Source: Dendrobates tinctorius
Taxonomy: Eukaryota
Assembly (NCBI RefSeq): GCF_039654945.1
Contig: NW_027361821.1
Location: 21,576,001 to 21,640,000, forward strand
DNA length: 64,000 bases
Reading direction: 5' to 3'
Positions 52,006 to 64,000 of the stretch are shown here, one piece after another; the stretch's first letter is position 1; each line of letters begins with the position of its first letter. Under the pieces are notes generated by a model. That model ran no database searches and had not been told where the DNA came from. It worked only from the letters and a program-made list of their open reading frames with translations. The position numbers and the translations under genes were made by a program.

Positions 52006-53627
52006 TTTTTATGTGCAATATAATCATTATAATTTGTTATAACTAACCACAGTTGGTTACTATGCCCATGCAACGCCGGGCTCTTCAGCTAGTAGAAAAT
52101 AAAAATAAAAACTCTAATATCAGAAAATTAACATAGATTTGAAAATTAAAAATTGTGTGTGACTAGCTGGTTTTAATTATTCAAAACAATGTTGGTGATA
52201 CATTCCCTTTATAGGCCAGTAGCAGCTATTTCATGAATGACCTAATGGTACATTTTGCAAATCAGTAAAGAATTGTGCCAAAAATTGTAACAAGGCCTTA
52301 TTCACTTCTGCTGTCTAGTTATTTAAATATGTCACTTTTGCATCTCTAATGCAAATCCTGTACTACATCAAAGAATACATTCCAATACAACACTACAATA
52401 TAGGTATTTCAGAGGTAATATTGTACATATTAATCAAATGAGTGTGCTGGAGAACAAAGAGCCATAATTGTCTCAGAACTAGCCGGTTTGTAATCTTTTG
52501 AACCCTTTTATAATAATAGAAATCTTCCAAGGCAGGATTGATATTTATCACCACAGAAATTAAATGGTTTTGATAGCCCACATTCAGATGCAATGGCTTT
52601 TGTGCTTATTGGTATAGGAGGAAGAACAGTAGGTTCACAAAGAATTTACGTCTACATTTGTAAAATGCTTGCAGATCATCTACGAAGCTAATTCTTTCTA
52701 TTAATCCGTACCCTGGTTGGTGTGCGCTCTCAGACAGGAGCTGTTCGCTCCTGTCTGAGAGCTGCACATTGTTTGGTGGTTTATTAAGCAATCAGTAGAG
52801 GCGTCAGACCCCCACGATCTGCAAGCAATTAAAGAGCCTACCAAATTTGAAAAGACCTATTAAAAGTACATTTATTCCCAGTGGAAGTGATTAAGAATCA
52901 CAGCAACTCAGACACGAAATGGCAGTCCAAATAAAGTTACAGACCAGTTTGCCAAGTACTGAAGTGCATAGCACAGAAAATTCTCTATTACTCTTCTGAC
53001 TAAATAATTGCAAATTCGAAACCTTCTCTGGCATTAACACTAGCTCAATGGAGCTTCATGGAATGGAGATCCATAACCTATCAGCTGCATACAAACATTA
53101 CATCAGCAAGCACAATATCATGGAATAATCTGCCATATGTTGAACAATCTGCACCCTGTACTATTCCAGACCGCTTCCTTTCTCCAGCTATGAACTGCTG
53201 CAATCCTGCTGCTTGATACCATATTTCTGTCCTATAGACTCTGAATGGCTAAGCTTCTCTTCTTCTAATGTTACGAGGCTGCTGTGGTGTCCTGGGCCTA
53301 GAGCCCATGTGGACTATTCAGGCGCCCGGGTCCTTCTGACTACCTAATGAAATGTTCCTCCTACCTTACCACACAGCAGCCCCTCCTATAGTTAACTCTT
53401 TCCTACACTATACACTAGCTGAAAGCTCTGTACACTATAATGCCCCACCTAGTGGCCAATCTAAGAACTGCACTTACCCTATTATTATACACAGCAGCAC
53501 AAATATACATTCAGCAAGATGGTAATACACTTAGCAGTGTAGCAAAGCCAATACACATTTTGCAGAATGGTAATACACATACCAGTGTAGCAGTACCAAC
53601 ATAACAATATACATGGACATATATATA

Positions 53628-55217
<1,590 letters not shown>

Positions 55218-55545
55218 TATATATATATATCGGACGGTACCAGGATGAGAGAACGACAAGGCATAGCGGTAACTTTGTCTACCCCTTTACACATGCATTG
55301 GATGGAGTGGTGTAAAGCTGCCACCACTGGACTTTGGAGCAGTGGAGACTTGTTTACTTCAACGATGAACCACGTTTCTCTGCCTAGTACGTGATGGACG
55401 AGTCAGAGGTTGACGAATAGACCCCTAACATAAAACCTTTAATAATTAAGTTAAAAGTTACAAAAAACTCTCAAGAAAAACCTTAATAGAAGGTGTGTAT
55501 CCAAATATGCATTACCAGCTAAGATCTACAAGGGTCCACAAAAAT

Positions 55546-56619
55546 TGGAGCGCCCGCCATGGGCATGGGGATACTCGGTACCGGGCTGGTTCTTAAGGGG
55601 ATGTGTCACGGCAGCAGTGACCCAGTCCGTGGCCCTGGGCGTCCAATGAAAATGATGATAAAAGGGGAATAAAGTTTATAAGATATAGTTCGTGACGCCA
55701 CCTTCGGTATTCAGCAAGGGATAGCTGATGCTGCTTAAAGAGACCGCTGGGGCTGATGGTGATGCAGCAGAGTTGGTACAGCTCTCCACAGGTAGAGCTA
55801 AGTCCCAGGGCACTTATGATGTTAAAGATAGTGGTGATGGTAGTAGTGCAGAGGGGATGGTACAGTAAATAACTCTGAGGACACAGCAGGGTGCAGTCTT
55901 CATACTTTTACTCACAGTTTGTGGTGCAGTCCAGAGCACTGATTACAGATGGTAATGGAGATCCGGGCAGCCTGGAAGCAATTTGGGATCCGCCTAACCA
56001 GATGGAGTTGGAGACCTCCTTACTGCGCTGTCCTCTGAGGTCCTTGCTGCCTGAAACTACGCTCAGTCCTCTGTTCCTTTCTGTCCTTTAGTCCTTGCCT
56101 GTATGAGAAGCAGCTTGAGCCTTTTACAGGTGTCACTCCTTTGTGGTGGCTCTGGCATGCTGCTGTGCCTTCAGGTGTGTGATGTGGCCAGTTGGCCAGC
56201 AGTCTCCTACCCTCTGAATTTTACTGCTGGGACTGTTGTACCCGTGCAGCCACCATGGACTCCGGCGTCTGGTGTCAAGTGCTCTACACCCTGGGGTGAG
56301 CTTGGTCACAGCTCCAATTCCCAGGCTTTCCTAAACTTCCACTTTCCTTTCTCTTAACTCTGCTCTTGGAACGAGCTCCTCACAGCGCCTTTCCCCTGTA
56401 CAGACTCTTACAGACTGGCCAACCCCGCCTCCAGGCCAGAACTAATATGGAAGATTTCCTGAGACCAGGTTTTGAGCTCCCCCTTCTGGTCTGGAGTCAG
56501 GAAAGGTGTTGTATACTGGTGTTACCTGACTAGGGAAACCCTCGTTGCTTCCAGGCATGACATCACCCCCTGTGAGGGAGGAAATGTCATTGTGGCAACC
56601 GGAATCCTGGGGAGCAACA
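55546..56619 (-). mobile_element. Solo Gypsy LTR (reverse orientation)
   Basis: Minus strand TGTTGCTCCCC...GGGCGCTCCA with 4-bp TSD AAAT (55542-55545 and 56620-56623). Confidence 0.9.
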
Positions 56620-58370
56620 AAATGATGACAGGATATGATATGAGGGGACTATCAATCCCTAGTACTCCCTATAGGAGACCCTACATACATGCGGAGGTTG
56701 ACACACTAAATTGTACAATATGGTGCCCCCCACTTCATGACGGCTATCACATAAAACCCTGTTACACACCTTATCAAAATGTGCCGCACAGGTTTTTCTT
56801 GAGAGTTTTTTTTGTGAGTTCTTAACTTAATTATTAAAGGTTATATTTTAGGGGTCTATTTTTTTCTGATTTTGTAACCTTTTCTGTTCGACCATGGCTG
56901 AGTTCGACTGATCAAAGCAAGGTCCATAAAGACATGGTTAGGTGCATCCAGTGTGGAAGAACTTCCCTGTAATTCACAGAGCCCTGATTTCAACTCTATG
57001 AACTAGAATAAAAATTGTGAACCATGCCCTTTTGTCCAACATCAGTGTTTGACCTCACAGACGCAACACAACAAATGTTTTAGTAAGTCTTGAAGATTTG
57101 AATCTGTTATCAGTACTGAGGGGGGACCACCTCCTTATTAATGCCTATTGATTAGTGATGGGCGATCCTATGGATGTTCAAAGTCTGGCTGATCATTTTA
57201 AAAAAGTTTGATTACCAGAACAGTAACCGAACTCAGATTCCATTCAGATGAATGGGGGGCCCGAACATCCACTGTTTGCCATGCTGTCATCTGCTTGATA
57301 ATGCAGCAAACACGGGCTCTGATCGATGCCGGCCAGAGAGCTGCAGTTTTCACACTGTTAGATGACAGCATGTGAGCCAGTTGTGACCTGCGGTTAAAAG
57401 GTTACCGCTGGTCATATGCGTTGGCTGATGAGAGTACTACTCTCATCATCCTATACATGCTCTCGCTGATACAACGAGAGCAGGCAAGGCTGATTTTATT
57501 TGTATTTATTTATTTTACTCATTTATAGAGTTGAGCGACTTTTGGTTTTTTAGGGTCGCGTTTCGTTTCGTGAAACCCGACTTTTCCAAAAGTCGGGTCG
57601 AGCAAGATCGTCCGATTATAGGGAAAAGTCGGGGTCGTCCCGAAACACGAAACCCAATGTAATTCAATGGGGAATAAAAGTCGGCAGTGAGAGGAGGACA
57701 GGAAACACACCTACAGTGCCCATTTGAATGCCAAAAGCATCAATTCTTCATACTTAAGCTTGTCAACCTTAATTAACTTCATAATACAAGTTACGCACTG
57801 AAAAATGGGGGTTATTTGGCTAAAGTTGTGGGGGGGGAGGGCTGGCTGCAGGTTTTCATGTGCCCTGGGCGAAAGAGCGCCCCTTTAACACATACCACAA
57901 CTCATCATGCTCCGATACGGCAGATAAATAGCGGTATAGTACAAAGAAAAATACCTCACTTTTTACATCTCATGACGAGGCCCATCTATTTCTCCATACA
58001 GAATCATTGGTCCCATATAATGTTTGAAACAGTATATGATGAGCTCCACATAATGCTACAGTATATGTTGGTCCCCATGGATGAAGCTCCACTGTCTTAT
58101 GGGCCCAAATAATGCTCCAAACATAATGGGCCCCATTTCTAATGCTCTAGTGTATAATGGGCCCTGTAAATGCTGCTCCAGTGTCTGATGTCCACCTTTG
58201 GAATGTTCCAGTGTATGGTGGGCCCCATCTATCATTCTCCAGAGTATAGTGCTCCCCAAAAATTGCTGTCCCAACATTGAAAACAATCAAATAAGTCTCC
58301 TCGCTAGGGAATCCCTGTACTTGTCTGGACAGGTGCTCTAGCTTGCTTAACAGCTCGCCAGCCGTTCTCA

Positions 58371-59747
58371 CGCCCAGTATGGATTGCACGTGATTGCACA
58401 AAGGTTAGAAAGGGTACCGTATCCCTGGATAACATGTATGGATAGCGTACACATTCAAAATATATGTCTCAGGAGGCAGGCTCAGACGGTGTCAGGCACA
58501 GTATGGATTGCACGTGATTGCACAAAGGTTAGAAAGGGTACCGTATCCCCGGATAACATGTATGGATAGCGTACACATTCAAAATATATGTCTCAGGAGG
58601 CAGGCTCAGACGGTGTTAGGCCCAGTGTGGATTGCACGTGATTGCACAAAGGTTAGAAAGGGTACCGTATCCCTGGATAACATGTATGGATAGCGTACAC
58701 ATTCAAAATATATGTCTCAGGAGGCAGGCTCAGACGGTGTCAGGCCCAGTATGGATTGCACGTGATTGCACAAAGGTTAGAAAGGGTACCGTATCCCTGG
58801 ATAACATGTATGGATAGCGTACACATTCAAAATATATGTCTCAGGAGGCAGGCTCAGACGGTGTCAGGCACAGTATGGATTGCACGTGTTTGCACAAAGG
58901 TTAGAAAGGGTACCGTATCCCCGGATAACATGTATGGATAGCGTACACATTCAAAATATATGTCTCAGGAGGCAGGCTCAGACGGTGTTAGGCCCAGTAT
59001 GGATTGCACGTGATTGCACAAAGGTTAGAAAGGGTACCGTATCCCTGGATAACATGTATGGATAGTGTACACATTCAAAATATATGTCTCAGGAGGCAGG
59101 CTCAGACGGTGTCAGGCACAGTATGGATTGCACGTGATTGCAAAGGTTATAAAGGGTACCGTATCCCCGGATAACATGTATGGATAGCGTACACATTCAA
59201 AATATATGTCTCAGGAGGAAGGCTCAGATGGTGTTAGGCCCAGTATGGATTGCACGTGATTGCACAAAGGTTAGAAAGGGTACCGTATCCCTGGATAACA
59301 TGTATGGATAGCGTACACATTCAAAATATATGTCTCAGGAGGCAGGCTCAGACGGTGTCAGGCACAGTATGGATTGCATGTGATTGCACAAAGGTTAGAA
59401 AGGGTACCGTATCCCTGGATAACATGTATGGATAGCGTACACATTCAAAATATATGTCTCAGGAGGCAGGCTCAGACGGTGTTAGGCCCAGTATGGATTG
59501 CACGTGATTGCACAAAGGTTAGAAAGGGTACCGTATCCCTGGATAACATGTATGGATAGCGTACACATTCAAAATATATGTCTCAGGAGGCAGGCTCAGA
59601 CGGTGTCAGGCCCAGTATGGATTGCACGTGATTGCACAAAGGTTAGAAAGGGTACCGTATCCCTGGATAACATGTATGGATAGCGTACACATTCAAAATA
59701 TATGTCTCAGGAGGCAGGCTCAAACGGTGTCAGGCACAGTATGGATT
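58371..59747. repeat. 124-bp tandem repeat, 11 copies, downstream of the hAT ORF
   Basis: Period 124 nt (repeated ORF starts at 58384, 58508, 58632...); units nearly identical, no spacers. Confidence 0.97.
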
Positions 59748-60166
59748 TGTCGGCCCAGATTACACAGCGGAGGAGCAGGGAGAGGTAAAGATTGCAAATG
59801 CTGGGGCCCTGCCCAAGCAAGGGGGGCCCACTCGTGGACGTCGGTACTGGCACTGGGCCCCTCATAGTACAGCGGTGTGTCTGACGGCGGGTGTGCACCA
59901 CCACCGTCAGAGACACTTGATTGCACTATGAGGGACCCTGTGCCAGTGCCCGCGCCCAAGAGTCGGCCTACCCACCTGTCCAGGGCAACGGCACTCGCAC
60001 GGTGTCGTGCGGTAGGTGGTGACCCCGGCCATGGGGGGGGAGGCAGCACAGTTAGGGAGTTTTAGAAAGTGGCATATGTTGATGTTGGACATTCAGCTGA
60101 TGCAAAAGGCGAAATAGGTGAAGTACCAGGAAGAGGTGGACCAAAGCAAGCCATTTTTCTGTCACC

Positions 60167-63100
60167 CTATGTGTCATCAGGGGAAGGTGGGACAAAATCC
60201 TTGGAAACCCATGCGTGGTTCATTTTAATGAAGGTTAGATCATCCACATTTTGGGTTGACAGACGGGTCCTTTTTTCTGTCAGGATTGATCCAGCTGCAC
60301 TGAAGACTCTTTCCGATAGCACACTTGCAGCTGGGCAAGCGAGCTCCTGTAAGGCATATTGGGCCAATTCAGGCCAGGTGTCCAGTTTAGCGGCCCAATA
60401 GTCAAAGGGGAATGACCTGTGTGGGAGAACATCGATATGGGAGGAAAAGTAGTTTGTAACCATAGTTGACAACTGCTGTCTCCTGTCACTTTCCATCGAT
60501 GCAGTATTACCAGTTGTGTGAGCGGTATTTGAAAAATCAGTCCACAACATTGTCATGAAACCCCTGTCTCCAATGCCACTTCTGCTGTGTGCACCACGAA
60601 CACCTCTGCCAAGCTGCCCCCGGCCCGTACGGCTCGTGTGAGAACCATCACCGCTGCTGTGTGCTGGGAATGCCTCAAGCAACCGATTTACCAGAGTTGC
60701 TTGTTTATTAGCCAATATTAGGTCAAGGTTCTCCTGTGGCATGATGTTTTGTAATTTGCCTTTATAGCGTGGATCCAGGATGCTGGCCAACCAGTAGTCG
60801 TCATCGTTCATCATTTTGGCAATGCGGGGGTCCCTTTTTAGGATCCGCAAGGCATAATCTGACATGTGGGCCAATGTTCCCGGTGTCAATGATGCACTGC
60901 GAGTGCTGGGTGGAGGAGCACTTTCTGGCAAATCCACATCCCTCCAGTCACGCACAAACCCTGTACCAGACCTTGCCACGCCAACATTTTCACTTGCCCC
61001 ACGAGATGCATCCTCCTCCCCTAAGTAATCATCCCCATCATCCTCCTCCTCCTCCTCTTCTTCCTCCACCTCGTCCAGGAGAGGTCCCTGAGCAGACAAT
61101 GGCTGAATGTCATCAAGGATTCCCTCCTCCTCTTCCTCCTCATCAACATTGGCTGCAGACGCCTGCTCCTTAAGGTGCGTCAAAGTTTGCATGAGCAGAC
61201 GCATAAGTGGGATGCTCATGCTTAGGATGGCGTCGTCTGCGCTTACCAGCCGTGTGCATTCCTCAAAACACTGAAGGACTTTACAAAGGTCTTTCAGCTT
61301 CGACCACTGCACGCCTGTCAACTCCATGTCTGCTCTCAAAGTGCCTGGCCGTGTATCCTCCCACAAATGCATTATGGCCTGCCTCTGCTCGCACAGCCGC
61401 TCCACCATGTGCAGGGTGGAGTTCCACCTTGTTGCAATGTCGATAATGAGGCGGTGGTTGGGAAGGTGGAGCAATCGCTGCAGCTTCTGCATACGAACGG
61501 AGTGTACAGGCGACTGGCGGATGTGCGCGCACAGTCTTCGCACCTTCTGGAGCAGGGCTGTTAACTCTGGATAATTTTTGAGGAAGCACTGCACCACCAG
61601 GTTCAAGGTGTGAGCCAAGCAAGGTATGTGGCTGAGTTTTGAAAGGGCTATGGCTGCCACAAAATTACGGCCGTTATCACTAACTACCTTGCCTGCCTCA
61701 AGATGTACACTGCCCAGCCATGACTTAGTTTGTCGCTTCAAGTACTCGGCCAGCACCTCGGCGGTGTGTCTGTCACCCAAACACATCATCTGCAACACAG
61801 CCTGCTGACGCTTTCCACTAGCTGCTCGATAGGGGGACACATCGTGTGCAACAGTGGCAGCTGCAGATGGAGTGCTCGTACGACTGCTCTCTGTGGACGA
61901 GCTTTCGCTTCTGGAGGAGGTGGAGGAGGAGGAGGGTCGAACGCCTACAGCCAACTGTTTCCTATACCGTGGGCTAGGCAGCACTGTCCCACCACCGCTG
62001 TCCCCTGTGGACCCTGCATCCACCACATTAACCCAGTGCGCAGTGATGGACATGTAACGGCCCTGGCCATGCCGACTGGACCATGCATCAGTTGTGAGGT
62101 GCACCTTTCCGCTCACTGACTGCTTGAGTGCATGGACAATGCGGTCTTTCACATGATGGTGGAGGGCTGGGATGGCTTTGCGAGAGAAGAAGTGGCGACT
62201 GGGTAGGTCATAGCGTGGTACTGCATAGGCCATGAGTTCGCGGAAAGCTGTGCTTTCCACCAACCGAAAGGGCATCATCTCAAACGAGATTAGTTTGGCA
62301 ATGTGGGCGTTCAAACCCAGTGTACGCGGATGAGAGACTGAGTACTTTCTTGACCTACTCATAGTGTCTGGGAGGGTGAGCTGGACTTGAGAGCTGCATA
62401 TGGTGGAAGTAGCGGTGGACAGGGCGGACTGAGAGAGGGTTGATGATGGTGATGGAGTTGGTGTTCTTTCTGATGGCCTAGAATCAGTCTTTCGTTGATA
62501 TAACAGTGGGATTCCCTGACTGCTGTGGTCTTGCAACGACACCTCAACATTTGCTGCTGTGCTAACCGGTGGGCTTACAGTGGGGGAAACAATGTAGCGT
62601 TGCTGACTACCTTCGTTGTGATCAGTTGCACATGTGGCACTTGAGGTTTGGTGTTGTGTCCACGCTTGCAAGTGCATGCTGGTTAAATGTCTAAGCATGC
62701 AACTGGTATTCAAATTTTTCAGATTTTTCCCTCGGCTAAAGGTCTTTGCGCACTTCTTACAGATAACCTTGGCCTGATCATGAGGATTTTGTTCAAAAAA
62801 GTGCCACACTGCACTCTTCCTACTTTGGCAGACATTTTGCGGCCTAGCACGCTGTGATCTTTTGACCCTCTGGACAAGCTGTCCAGCAACTCTTTTGATG
62901 TTTGGAACCTGTCTTTGGAGTGCTCCGGGCCTGCCATATAACAGCTGTTGCGATGTCGATGTCTGCTGTGGATGCTCCTCATCTGAGCTATTGGAAGCAG
63001 CACCCTCTTCCCCCAATGGATGCCAATCTGGGTCAACAACTGGGTCATCCATCACCTCCTCTTCTATGTCATGTGCACCTTTCTCTGTGTCACCGTGTAT

Positions 63101-63709
63101 GGTGGTATAGTGTGCGGGAAGGGGCACCTGAGTCTCATCAGGGTCAAAATCTGGCTCTGTACACTGCGAGGACAATGTAGTGCTCTGAGTGAATGTACCA
63201 GCAGAATCATCCATCAGCGGCTGTGCATCAGTGCACTCCATGTCAGATTCATCTTGGCCTGGGTAATTCACCATTTCACTTGATAATCCAGGCATGGTAT
63301 GTGAAAACAGCTCCATGGAGTAATCAGTAGTATGGCCTGCGTCATCCTTCAATCTTGGTTGGGGTGAAGGACACAAGGAAAGGTGTGGTTCATGAACATG
63401 AGCCTCCAATGACGACTCAGTGCTTTTACTTTTTACAACTGAAGAAGAGGAGGCGATAGAGCTGGAGGCTGAGTCAGCAATGTAAGACAAAACTTTTTCC
63501 TGATGCTCTGCCTTTAAAAGCGGTTTGCCAACTCCTAGAAAACTAAGCGTTCGAGGCCTTATGTAGCCAGACGATGACGCAGGGTCAGCACCTCCTGCAT
63601 TCGGTCCTATTTTGCTCTTGCCACTACCATCAGATCCACCACCAACACCATCATTACCAGCTGCCAACCCCCGCCCAATTCCATGGCCTCTTCCACCAGC
63701 CTTCCTCAT
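60167..63709 (-). CDS. hAT transposase (BED zinc finger, RNase H-like DDE core, hATC dimerisation domain), 1180 aa from MRKAGGRG
   Basis: Uninterrupted ORF: SAVWHFF...CKKC...HLTSMH (BED), LTTDAWS (D), VVSDNGRN (D), IPCLAHTLNL (CxxH), TRWNST, LDPRYK, CPAASVLSERVFSAAG (E). Confidence 0.93.
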   Translation of the reverse strand: MRKAGGRGHGIGRGLAAGNDGVGGGSDGSGKSKIGPNAGGADPASSSGYIRPRTLSFLGVGKPLLKAEHQEKVLSYIADSASSSIASSSSVVKSKSTESSLEAHVHEPHLSLCPSPQPRLKDDAGHTTDYSMELFSHTMPGLSSEMVNYPGQDESDMECTDAQPLMDDSAGTFTQSTTLSSQCTEPDFDPDETQVPLPAHYTTIHGDTEKGAHDIEEEVMDDPVVDPDWHPLGEEGAASNSSDEEHPQQTSTSQQLLYGRPGALQRQVPNIKRVAGQLVQRVKRSQRARPQNVCQSRKSAVWHFFEQNPHDQAKVICKKCAKTFSRGKNLKNLNTSCMLRHLTSMHLQAWTQHQTSSATCATDHNEGSQQRYIVSPTVSPPVSTAANVEVSLQDHSSQGIPLLYQRKTDSRPSERTPTPSPSSTLSQSALSTATSTICSSQVQLTLPDTMSRSRKYSVSHPRTLGLNAHIAKLISFEMMPFRLVESTAFRELMAYAVPRYDLPSRHFFSRKAIPALHHHVKDRIVHALKQSVSGKVHLTTDAWSSRHGQGRYMSITAHWVNVVDAGSTGDSGGGTVLPSPRYRKQLAVGVRPSSSSTSSRSESSSTESSRTSTPSAAATVAHDVSPYRAASGKRQQAVLQMMCLGDRHTAEVLAEYLKRQTKSWLGSVHLEAGKVVSDNGRNFVAAIALSKLSHIPCLAHTLNLVVQCFLKNYPELTALLQKVRRLCAHIRQSPVHSVRMQKLQRLLHLPNHRLIIDIATRWNSTLHMVERLCEQRQAIMHLWEDTRPGTLRADMELTGVQWSKLKDLCKVLQCFEECTRLVSADDAILSMSIPLMRLLMQTLTHLKEQASAANVDEEEEEEGILDDIQPLSAQGPLLDEVEEEEEEEEDDGDDYLGEEDASRGASENVGVARSGTGFVRDWRDVDLPESAPPPSTRSASLTPGTLAHMSDYALRILKRDPRIAKMMNDDDYWLASILDPRYKGKLQNIMPQENLDLILANKQATLVNRLLEAFPAHSSGDGSHTSRTGRGQLGRGVRGAHSRSGIGDRGFMTMLWTDFSNTAHTTGNTASMESDRRQQLSTMVTNYFSSHIDVLPHRSFPFDYWAAKLDTWPELAQYALQELACPAASVLSERVFSAAGSILTEKRTRLSTQNVDDLTFIKMNHAWVSKDFVPPSPDDT

Positions 63710-63799
63710 TTTTGGTAGAAATGTAGACAAAATCCAACAAACTATATAGTAATGTAAAACAAGGTACAAGGTGTCTATAGGACAGGGGAGATTTAGAAT

Positions 63800-64000
63800 T
63801 TCTGCACACACTTGTGGACAGTGGACACTTGTGGATTGTGTGAGGCCCACTGATATCTGAGCGCTATGTGACAGGCTCGATGGCACAGCTGCCTGTGACC
63901 AAAGTGACGAGAGGATAATGGAGATTTTGAATCTCTGCGCACACTTTTGGACACTGGACACTTGTGGATTGTGTGAGGCCCACTGATATCTGAGCGCTAT
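63800..64000. repeat. About 133-bp tandem repeat upstream of the hAT ORF (truncated by the window edge)
   Basis: ggacacttgtggattgtgtgaggcccactgatatctgagcgctat at about 63823 and 63956. Confidence 0.8.

Larger units (their letters stand above)
49738..52092 (+). mobile_element. Non-autonomous Helitron containing a Tc1 insertion, 170-bp tandem repeats and 41-bp satellite
   Basis: 5' TC start (A|TCTAATATATAAAGC), subterminal imperfect hairpin gcccatgcaacgccgggc, 3' CTAG|T; inserted in an AT dinucleotide with no TSD. Confidence 0.8.
57526..64000 (-). mobile_element. Autonomous-type hAT transposon; 3' terminus at 57526, 5' end outside the window
   Basis: Terminus TAGAGTTGAGCG followed by gtcg/cgac/cgaa-rich subterminal repeats; long transposase ORF; internal tandem arrays on both sides of the ORF. 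Confidence 0.85.

Noticed and set aside
57425-57450. Other CTGATGA occurrences (also about 13186, 39952, 40891, 47372, 54445) as hammerheads
   Set aside because: No correctly placed stem II plus GAAA and stem III; they fall in coding remnants or MITE palindromes.
58371-59747. CRISPR-like array or repeated 61-aa peptide genes
   Set aside because: Units are contiguous near-identical 124-mers without unique spacers, in eukaryotic DNA; the ORFs start at TTG and arise from the repeat period.
60167-63709. Domesticated host ZBED gene (e.g. ZBED4)
   Set aside because: Single BED finger, with a transposon terminus, subterminal repeats and internal tandem arrays; better explained as a transposon.
63710-63961. 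84-aa N-terminal extension of the hAT ORF
   Set aside because: Begins at a non-ATG codon within a tandem repeat; the first ATG is at 63709.

Overview
Vertebrate genomic DNA, most likely anuran (frog), inferred from the transposon repertoire. The only host gene is doublecortin (DCX) on the minus strand. Its first coding exon is 14423-14806 (364 coding nt, canonical AG/GT), and a probable non-coding exon 1 and promoter lie at about 25122-25340. The next exon lies beyond the left edge of the window. Nearly all the rest is nested transposable elements: a Gmr1-like Gypsy remnant whose LTR is split by two TTAA-targeting elements; a full-length Gypsy provirus (27323-36088, tRNA-Ser(CGA) PBS) with a CR1 in gag; two sushi/chromovirus-type Gypsy remnants; solo LTRs; Tc1 elements (one full-length, frameshifted at the start codon); a non-autonomous Helitron; many MITEs and V-SINEs; and a hAT element with an uninterrupted 1180-aa transposase ORF. 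Most interesting observations: (1) three otherwise dissimilar LTR types share a U5 cassette with an extra PBS-like motif, which on the antisense strand reads like the two ends of tRNA-Ser(CGA) plus CCA; (2) a 1.1-kb TSD-flanked non-coding insertion carries a hammerhead-ribozyme motif (Penelope/retrozyme-like). All calls are by eye; no searches were run.
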